A stretch of DNA of 64,000 nt from positions 17,197-81,196 of the forward strand of contig JAFSEY010000001.1 in the NCBI GenBank assembly GCA_017435485.1. Direction: 5' to 3'. Every line of letters begins with the position of its first letter. The stretch's first letter is position 1. Under the pieces are notes generated by a model. The model saw only the letters and a program-made list of their open reading frames with translations, searched no databases and was not told where the DNA came from. The DNA comes from Bacilli bacterium (GTDB lineage: Bacteria; Bacillota_I; Bacilli_A; RF39; UBA660). Below are positions 26,314 through 33,526 of this stretch, piece by piece. A program made the translations under genes and the position numbers.

Positions 26314-28638
26314 CTATTTGCCACCTGCAGAGCCAAAGAGTTCTTTTTCTTCCTCTCTCAAGTGGACTTGAATAGGAAGTCTAGTATCTTGACTAATAAT
26401 GAATAATCCCTGACCTTTAGATGCAGTAGTTAAAAATTGTTTTTCTGATTCACTTAAGTTCATTAATTTTTGAACTGCAGTTATTTCTTTTTGTCCCTGT
26501 GCCATAACCATTATATAAGCACTATTATCAATAATAACTTGTCCATAACGAGAAATATCATCAGCCACAAAATCTATCAGGTTTTGCGAAATTATACATA
26601 ATGAGCCATTTCTCTTACGGATTAATTTTGATGCTTTCTTTAGAAAATCGATACCCTGATGATTATTTGGATCAATGATTAAATGTGCCTCATCACAAAG
26701 TAAAATTACTTGTTCTGATTTGTTTCTACATATCTCATTCCAACACCAAGTCAGTATGTTAAAGAACTGACTTTTTAAAATGCTTTCATCTGAATCAATT
26801 AAACTATTTATATCTAATACAATAAAATCTGAATCTTTATCTACATTAATACTAGAATGCCCATTTAATATTTTAGCATCAGTAGTAGTGGCTCTTTTCA
26901 TTAAAGAGCAAATCTTATCAAGTGACTCGATAACATTTCGTGGCTCTTTATTTGATTTAGCTTCTTTTAAATTATGACATAACTTTTTATATAAGTCATC
27001 CATAATCGGATAGTCAGTAGGTTTTAATTTTGAAATGTCAGTAGTAAAGTCGATTCCTTTATCTTTATAAACTTCAATTAAAGCATCTTCAATTTTAGTT
27101 AATTCATAAGCACTAACATCTTGTAGATAATACTTTATAAATGTTCTAAAAGTTTGAAAATGTTTATTTAAATCATTACTAGATAACTTTTTATCATCAT
27201 CAGAATCATCAGCAGTTTTACGAACTTCTAATGGATTTATAATTCCTGCAAGACCTGTTCCTGCATCAATCCAAGAGCCACCAACTGACTCACACATTTC
27301 TTTTAATTCTCGTTCAGGATCAATAGCAATTATTTTTGTTCCTCTTGCCCAATTACCACGAACTATTTTCTTAATAAGGGTAGACTTGCCACTTCCACTC
27401 TTACCAATAATGACTGCATTAGAATTATTTCTTTTATTAGTTCGTTTCCATAAATCAAAGAAAACTAAACTACCAAGACCATCATTACCAAGAATGATAG
27501 AGTCACCATCATCTTGTAAATTTTGAAAGATGAATGGGAAAGTGGATGCAGTAGTAAGCATAGGTACATCAATACCAAATTGCTTTTCAAAATCAGTATA
27601 CATTGTAGGCAAACACATTTTTAAACTTCGTTCTTGCTCAAACATTAAATTAGTGCCATATAGACCATAAGATGTAAGAGTGTTTTTCAGTTCTTTTCTT
27701 GCTTTTTCCATTTCTTCTTGTGTTTCACCATATACTAAAAAGCAGACCGTCAATTTAGTAAACTTTTCATGTTCACGATCAATACGATTTACTAACTCTG
27801 TATAATCTTCCATTTGATTATGCAATAGTATTTGATCGTTATAGTCATTAACATTAATCATACGAGATTTAGTATCAGACATACTTTTCTTTAATGTTCT
27901 AGAAATCTCTGATGTATCCATAGGACTAATAGTCATAACCATACGAGTATTATTAACATTAGCAACAGCTCCGAGCCATCCAACATTAACATAAGATGGA
28001 TATGTTATCAAAGTTACTATACTCATATAAGTATCACCGAGAATTAGGTCTTTTTCGCCGATTTTAAGCCCATTTGGTGCGATTTTCTCTTTAAATGACC
28101 TAGTAATACCTGTGGCATCTTTCTTAAAGGAATCAAGCGAAACAACAGGATTTAAAATAATATAAAGTAAATCTCGCCATTCCTCACTAGAAATAATATT
28201 ACTAGAAAGTCCCATAGCTGATAAATCAACTATTAAATCATTTAATTTTTGTTTTAATAGAGTTTCATTTTCAGAACTTTCCTCAACGATTATATAAAAC
28301 TCACGATTAACAACTTGTCGTTTGTTATTTAAAGTATTTATATAATCTAAATCTTCTTCCAAGATTTTAATTTTTGATTTATTAGTTTCTTGTTTTATTT
28401 TAGTATTTAAAATATTTATATTATCATCTAATAATATAGGTTTATCTATACTAAATATTTTGATAGGATAGTCGATAGAATTTAAAACTTTCTTTAGCTC
28501 CATAACTTTTAATTTTTGTTCTTCATCAAATAATAAACAAAGATTAATAGAGCCAACTTTTATTCCACCAACAATACGATTATTATCCAAATAGACATAA
28601 TTATTCCATACATCCTGAAAAGGAATAAAATCTAACAT
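26314..28638 (-). CDS. virB4: VirB4-like conjugation ATPase
   Basis: GKSGSGKS Walker A, IDPERE, DEAH Walker B, RKRNGS. Confidence 0.92.
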   Translation of the reverse strand: MLDFIPFQDVWNNYVYLDNNRIVGGIKVGSINLCLLFDEEQKLKVMELKKVLNSIDYPIKIFSIDKPILLDDNINILNTKIKQETNKSKIKILEEDLDYINTLNNKRQVVNREFYIIVEESSENETLLKQKLNDLIVDLSAMGLSSNIISSEEWRDLLYIILNPVVSLDSFKKDATGITRSFKEKIAPNGLKIGEKDLILGDTYMSIVTLITYPSYVNVGWLGAVANVNNTRMVMTISPMDTSEISRTLKKSMSDTKSRMINVNDYNDQILLHNQMEDYTELVNRIDREHEKFTKLTVCFLVYGETQEEMEKARKELKNTLTSYGLYGTNLMFEQERSLKMCLPTMYTDFEKQFGIDVPMLTTASTFPFIFQNLQDDGDSIILGNDGLGSLVFFDLWKRTNKRNNSNAVIIGKSGSGKSTLIKKIVRGNWARGTKIIAIDPERELKEMCESVGGSWIDAGTGLAGIINPLEVRKTADDSDDDKKLSSNDLNKHFQTFRTFIKYYLQDVSAYELTKIEDALIEVYKDKGIDFTTDISKLKPTDYPIMDDLYKKLCHNLKEAKSNKEPRNVIESLDKICSLMKRATTTDAKILNGHSSINVDKDSDFIVLDINSLIDSDESILKSQFFNILTWCWNEICRNKSEQVILLCDEAHLIIDPNNHQGIDFLKKASKLIRKRNGSLCIISQNLIDFVADDISRYGQVIIDNSAYIMVMAQGQKEITAVQKLMNLSESEKQFLTTASKGQGLFIISQDTRLPIQVHLREEEKELFGSAGGK

Positions 28639-28675
28639 TGTTTTAGGAACTTTTTTTACTTTTTGTTTTTTCTCT

Positions 28676-28936
28676 TTAGTCGTTAAATGTCCCTCCTAAT
28701 AATGAAATAATTTTATCCACATCTCTTGTTGATAAATCTTTTTTGTTTTCTAAATTGTTTATATCGTTATAGGCAATAGCAAAATTAATTAAATGTCTAA
28801 CATATTCTGACATTGTAATTTTTTGTTTATAAGCAATTTTTCTTAATTTTTCTTTTGTTTTTTTGTTGATACATAATTCTATACTAGTATCATATAATTT
28901 TAATCTTTTATTATTTATACACATCCGTCCTTTCAC
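28676..28936 (-). CDS. Small RHH-like protein
   Basis: IELCINKKTKEKLRKIA....TMSEYVRHLI. Confidence 0.5.
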   Translation of the reverse strand: MKGRMCINNKRLKLYDTSIELCINKKTKEKLRKIAYKQKITMSEYVRHLINFAIAYNDINNLENKKDLSTRDVDKIISLLGGTFND

Positions 28937-29267
28937 TCAAATGTTTTTTAACACCATAGGAATCAAACTCTCTTAATTTTCCCATATTTAATTTAGCAAT
29001 AGGAACTTCAATATAGTTATAAAATCCCATACCTGTTATTTCTCTAATAATTCTACTTTTTTTAAGTACATGAATAAATCCATTTTTTAAAATAAATGGA
29101 TCTAAAAAAACCTTACCATCATCTAGGTAGGCATCTTCTAAATTTAAAGTTATATCATGACTTTCATTTTTACTTTCATATTTAAGTCTAATTCTACCAT
29201 TATGGTATGTATAAACTCCAATATTATATTGTTTACCATTAAATTTAACTTTTTTTCTTATAATCAT
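28911..29267 (-). CDS. DUF4313-like protein
   Basis: ITLNL..VFLD...LNMGKLREFD..G; resembles 29912..30310. Confidence 0.45.
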   Translation of the reverse strand: MIIRKKVKFNGKQYNIGVYTYHNGRIRLKYESKNESHDITLNLEDAYLDDGKVFLDPFILKNGFIHVLKKSRIIREITGMGFYNYIEVPIAKLNMGKLREFDSYGVKKHLSERTDVYK

Positions 29268-29273
29268 ACCTCC

Positions 29274-29894
29274 TTATATTTTAATATTTTTTTCAACACA
29301 AACTTCATTAATTTGTTTTGAATAGCTGTCAGTAATAAAATGTTTTAATTCTATATCAGACATTAAAGTTGCATTATCATTAATTGATTTAATATTCTTT
29401 TTACAAATAGAAGAAATTTTATTCCATTCAGGATCTGAATTAAAATCTTTTTTATCCCATCTAATTCCAATGTTCCATTGCATATATTCATGTGGATTTA
29501 AAATATTTAATTCACTATCAGTAAAGCAATATTTAATTTCCCCTGAACTTTGGTCACAATCAACAAACAATTTTCCATCATTATTTTCTTGTTCTAAAAA
29601 CATATGTTGATTCATATCATCTTTATTATAAAAATATGAGTCTTTAAAATCCTCTAATATGTTATAACTCAATTGAATATCTTTCATATCATAATTAACA
29701 TCAAAAGTTCTACTGATTTTTTCTATTAAATCATCACGAAAAGAATATTCGATATTTCTTTTTATATATTCGATTCCATATCTTGCTCGAGAAATCATTC
29801 TTTCGCCATAGTTCCAAGAATAATATTTAGCAAGTAAATGAGTATTATTATTTTTATCTTTAAGTCTAATATATATTTGACTTCGTTGACCTAT
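29274..29894 (-). CDS. Hypothetical ICE protein, probable ATA start
   Basis: Frame open to ATA 29894 after AAAGGA. Confidence 0.65.
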   Translation of the reverse strand: MGQRSQIYIRLKDKNNNTHLLAKYYSWNYGERMISRARYGIEYIKRNIEYSFRDDLIEKISRTFDVNYDMKDIQLSYNILEDFKDSYFYNKDDMNQHMFLEQENNDGKLFVDCDQSSGEIKYCFTDSELNILNPHEYMQWNIGIRWDKKDFNSDPEWNKISSICKKNIKSINDNATLMSDIELKHFITDSYSKQINEVCVEKNIKI

Positions 29895-29911
29895 AATATC
29901 ACAATCCTTTC

Positions 29912-30310
29912 TTATATTTTAGGAATATAATGTGGCTCATAATTAAATGATTTATAATAATTATCTAAACCAACAGGATCATATTCCTTTAATTTTTTCA
30001 TATCAAATGATACAAAGTCATATGTACCATAATTGTATTTTTCTTCACAAATAACTTCTTTAATAATTCCTGCATCTAATAATGCTTTTTCTAATCCACA
30101 GGATTTTGCTATATCTGAAATATGAGCTTCATCTTTATTCAAAGGGAATGTATTTGATAAATTTATAGTTAAATCACAATACAACTCATCTTCAGTTTCA
30201 CAAAGTATAGCAAGTCGATTATTATTTGCATATTGTGTGATAGTTAAAAACAAATTATTATTTTTAAATTTAAATGTTTTTCTATCTAGTTTTATTTCTT
30301 TTTTACTCAA
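29912..30310 (-). CDS. DUF4313-like protein
   Basis: YANNNRLAI...DLTINL...FD..KLKEYDPVG; GGAGG before TTG 30310. Confidence 0.6.
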   Translation of the reverse strand: MSKKEIKLDRKTFKFKNNNLFLTITQYANNNRLAILCETEDELYCDLTINLSNTFPLNKDEAHISDIAKSCGLEKALLDAGIIKEVICEEKYNYGTYDFVSFDMKKLKEYDPVGLDNYYKSFNYEPHYIPKI

Positions 30311-30437
30311 TATTTTCCTCCTCATTTAATAACTTTTCTTCTATACGAGAACACTCGCTTGATATAACACAAGCAGAGTATAAAAAAAGCAATAATAATA
30401 TAATAATTACTACTGCTAATATAGTTAATAATTTCAT
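30303..30437 (-). CDS. Small single-TM protein (44 aa)
   Basis: GGAGG + ATG, MKLLTILAVVIIIIIAFLYSAC...; not in the ORF track. Confidence 0.5.
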   Translation of the reverse strand: MKLLTILAVVIIILLLLFLYSACVISSECSRIEEKLLNEEENIE

Positions 30438-30490
30438 TCAAAACCTCCAAATAAAAAGACTAGTTTTTCACTAGTCAGTATAATTATAAT

Positions 30491-30895
30491 TTAGAAATTA
30501 TATTTTTCTAATATTTCTCCTTCTTCATCATAAATTATAGATTCTACATTAGCCATATATAAAACTTGAAACTCTGGATTATCTAATGTATAACCAGCAT
30601 CTAATGCCCAATCAAATTCATCAATGACTGCTTGTTTTACTTTCATATTTTGACTATCATCTATTAATTGACAATTAATTCTTATCCATTTTTCATCATC
30701 ATATGCAACTATACAAACATTATTATTTTTTTCTATTTGCTTAGATACATTTTTATGTTTGTTAGTAATTACATATATCTTATCATCAACCATAATAGGA
30801 TCACCAAATGGTCTACAACTTGGCTTACCTTCGTTAATTGTAGATACATAATTTACTTGTGTATTTTCTTTTAAAAATTTATAAGTTTCATTCAT
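30491..30895 (-). CDS. Pyridoxamine 5'-phosphate oxidase-like FMN-binding protein
   Basis: STINEGKPSCRPF, ITNKHKNVSKQIEKNNNV, WIRI. Confidence 0.8.
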   Translation of the reverse strand: MNETYKFLKENTQVNYVSTINEGKPSCRPFGDPIMVDDKIYVITNKHKNVSKQIEKNNNVCIVAYDDEKWIRINCQLIDDSQNMKVKQAVIDEFDWALDAGYTLDNPEFQVLYMANVESIIYDEEGEILEKYNF

Positions 30896-30974
30896 ACTAT
30901 TTCCTCCATTAATCTTTAAACACTTATATTATAGCATAATATAAAAGAAAATTATTATCTAAATAAAGAATACA

Positions 30975-31000
30975 ATAAAAAAAGCAGTCTAATACTGCTC
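30975..31000 (-). terminator. Intrinsic terminator of the anti-csp RNA
   Basis: AGCAGT-CTAAT-ACTGCT hairpin; U7 tract on the minus strand. Confidence 0.8.
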
Positions 31001-31195
31001 GACAACTTTTTTTATTACTACATACTTCTTTACTATATTACTAGAAAGAGATGTGCATGTTCTGACTTGGAAAAGTCAAGTGGTTCAATAATACACAATG
31101 GTGTCCAAAGGTTATGGTTCAAAAACACCATTGGCGACATCTTCAAATGAAGATATCTTTGTTCATTATTCAGCTGTCAGTATCGCTACTGACAA
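30975..31195 (-). ncRNA. Candidate structured sRNA antisense to cold-shock-protein (csp) mRNA
   Basis: Plus strand reads SD-ATG...GKVKWFNN / KGYG / NEDIFVHYSA in broken frames, separated by hairpin-forming inserts; sigmaA promoter and terminator lie on the minus strand. Confidence 0.7.
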
Positions 31196-31199
31196 TATA

Positions 31200-31228
31200 A
31201 ATATAACATAATTCGACAAAGTTTGCAA
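31200..31228 (-). promoter_or_regulatory. SigmaA promoter of the anti-csp RNA
   Basis: TTGCAA (31223-28)-N17-TATATT (31200-05) with extended TG. Confidence 0.7.
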
Positions 31229-31240
31229 TACTTTATAGGT

Positions 31241-31513
31241 CTATTTAGACCTATATTTTTTCTGACTTCTTTTATATACTAAAAACTTCCTAAAAATTAT
31301 CAATGCCGTACTTCCATTAGGCAATGGAAGTAATAATAAAAAGACAATTAAAGGGAATAAAAAGAATAGAAATATTTTTATTTTATAATCAGTTACTAAT
31401 GATTGTAATAAGAAACCAATACCACAAGCAATCCCCATAGCAATGATTTCTAAAATACCAAATCCTTTAAAAATCTCTCTTTTAGTTTTTATGTTTTTGG
31501 GAATAAGATACAT
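31241..31513 (-). CDS. PrgI/VirB3-like membrane protein
   Basis: MYLIPKNIKTKREIFKGFG..E, two TMs; position in the T4SS operon. Confidence 0.6.
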   Translation of the reverse strand: MYLIPKNIKTKREIFKGFGILEIIAMGIACGIGFLLQSLVTDYKIKIFLFFLFPLIVFLLLLPLPNGSTALIIFRKFLVYKRSQKKYRSK

Positions 31514-31514
31514 A

Positions 31515-32879
31515 TTAATACCACTTCCTATCATAAATGTTTTCAGAGCCACTTTGACTCATATATTGATTTCTTATAGGATTATATTTCATACTATAAG
31601 GTTGTTTAAAAGGATTTGAGTTACTATATTTCATAACATTAGTATCAGATTTTTGACCTCTATTTTCTTTTAAGAAGTCTCCAACTTGTTGATATGCTTT
31701 TCTAGGATTATGATTATTAATACTTTCTTTAACAACACTTTGTTGTTCAGGGGTTAATCGATTTCCTTTATTTAACATATTTGAAATATTATTTATACCT
31801 CCTTTAGCTAGATTACCACCACCACTTACAATATTAGCTCCTTTAGATAATGCCCAAGATGTTCCTGCACTTGCAAGACTGACACCCTGTGATACTCCTG
31901 ATCCCAAAGCCATTAAACTTTGCATATCACCAAAAGCTGTCATTATACCTGACTGCTGATTTAATAAAGAACTAACAATTGTTGGAGTAGAAATGATAAA
32001 TAATAATGCTCCAATTACTAAAAAGATACCTGTTAAATTACCATTATCAGTAAAAGCAGAGCCAAATAGATTTAATAGTAAACCTATACATACAAATTGA
32101 ACTACGGTTATTAAAAATACTCCCATTGATGACTTGCACCAAATTTCAAATGATTTTGATCCGTCATTAGTAAGACCTGTGCAACAAAATGGTGCGAGTA
32201 TTTTATATAAAGCAATTTCCATGACTCGTTTAGCCATCTGAATGGCAACAAAGAATAATAGAAAAATAGTTACAATAGATAATACTATGAGCATAAAGAA
32301 ATTTAGAGAATAAACATAACAATCCCCAAATCCAATAAAGCCACCACTAGTTTCATTAATATCTATAGTTTTCCAATTAGATGTAAGATAATCAATTTTA
32401 TCAGATTCCATCTCATTTTCATAAACCATAGCTCTAATAATTGCTTTAGAAATAGTTCCCTCTGAATCAGCATCTTCATTCATCCCTGAAACCTCGATTA
32501 CTGCATCAGTTAATTCAGTAGATATATTATGACCAAACTGAAAAAGTGGAGTTACTAAAAACATCATTACTATTGCTAGAACGATGCCTTTATAAATTGA
32601 AAGTGGACTAGATCTATCATCGCCTTTGACTATATATTTCATTACTAATTCAATAACAACTTTTAATATGAGCCAACTACAAGCAACAATTACAGCTCCA
32701 CCAAATATTTTATTAACATATTCATTATCAAAAAAACGATATCTCCATATTTTATCAATGACATCAAAGAATCCATCTAAAAGCCAAAGAACACCTTTTG
32801 CAATGTTCCACATAACCGTACGATAGATATCAGAGAAAAATCCTTGTTCAACAGGTGTGATATCTAAAATTTGTATAAT
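31515..32879 (-). CDS. VirB6/TrbL-like polytopic membrane protein
   Basis: Multiple TMs, KRVMEIALYKILAP, Gly/Ala-rich tail; GGAGG then in-frame ATT/ATA at 32879/32876. Confidence 0.75.
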   Translation of the reverse strand: MIQILDITPVEQGFFSDIYRTVMWNIAKGVLWLLDGFFDVIDKIWRYRFFDNEYVNKIFGGAVIVACSWLILKVVIELVMKYIVKGDDRSSPLSIYKGIVLAIVMMFLVTPLFQFGHNISTELTDAVIEVSGMNEDADSEGTISKAIIRAMVYENEMESDKIDYLTSNWKTIDINETSGGFIGFGDCYVYSLNFFMLIVLSIVTIFLLFFVAIQMAKRVMEIALYKILAPFCCTGLTNDGSKSFEIWCKSSMGVFLITVVQFVCIGLLLNLFGSAFTDNGNLTGIFLVIGALLFIISTPTIVSSLLNQQSGIMTAFGDMQSLMALGSGVSQGVSLASAGTSWALSKGANIVSGGGNLAKGGINNISNMLNKGNRLTPEQQSVVKESINNHNPRKAYQQVGDFLKENRGQKSDTNVMKYSNSNPFKQPYSMKYNPIRNQYMSQSGSENIYDRKWY

Positions 32880-32893
32880 CTAAATTACACCTC

Positions 32894-33526
32894 CTAATAA
32901 TTTGTTTTATCAATAAGTTTTGATACTATAACAATTTGTTTATTTTTATCAGTTTGACTACAAGTAGTCAACACTAATGTTGATTCACTATTTTTATCAA
33001 TAGATATATCACCATCTTTAGTTTCTTCATAATATTTTTGAACTTGATAAATATATTTAATATTTTCATAGTAAATATAAATTTGATCGTTTTCTTTTAA
33101 CTTATATAAATTTCTAAAAAAAGCAACACGACCACTACCTGAATGACCTGCGATTACTAATAATCCACCATTAACATTAGGCATAGCAGAATTTTCTAAT
33201 ACTTGAATATTTTTATTAACATTATTATTTTTATCTTTGATATCTAGAAAACCTCTTTTAAAATTTATCTTTGGTATTTCTAATACACCAACATAATTAT
33301 AAGTTTCAGGTTGCTTAACTTCTTCTTTTACTTCTTCGGTTGTTTCTTCAATAACAGGAGTATCCTCAACAACAGGATTATTTATGAATTCTTCTGCTTG
33401 TTTTTCTTCAGCACGATTTATATAAAAATTATAAATGTTATAGAATAGGAAAATACTAGTAGCACCAATAATTAGAAAAGAGCCAATTATTGAAAATCGG
33501 CTCTTATTTTTTTCTTTTTTTATCAT
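32894..33526 (-). CDS. Sortase
   Basis: GVLEIPKI, IAGHSG, LVLTTC, downstream of its likely substrate. Confidence 0.9.
   Translation of the reverse strand: MIKKEKNKSRFSIIGSFLIIGATSIFLFYNIYNFYINRAEEKQAEEFINNPVVEDTPVIEETTEEVKEEVKQPETYNYVGVLEIPKINFKRGFLDIKDKNNNVNKNIQVLENSAMPNVNGGLLVIAGHSGSGRVAFFRNLYKLKENDQIYIYYENIKYIYQVQKYYEETKDGDISIDKNSESTLVLTTCSQTDKNKQIVIVSKLIDKTNY

Noticed and set aside
31057-31210. Functional cold-shock protein gene on the plus strand
   Set aside because: In-frame TGA at codon 3, frameshift between KWFNN and KGYG, no C-terminal half, and promoter and terminator face the other way.
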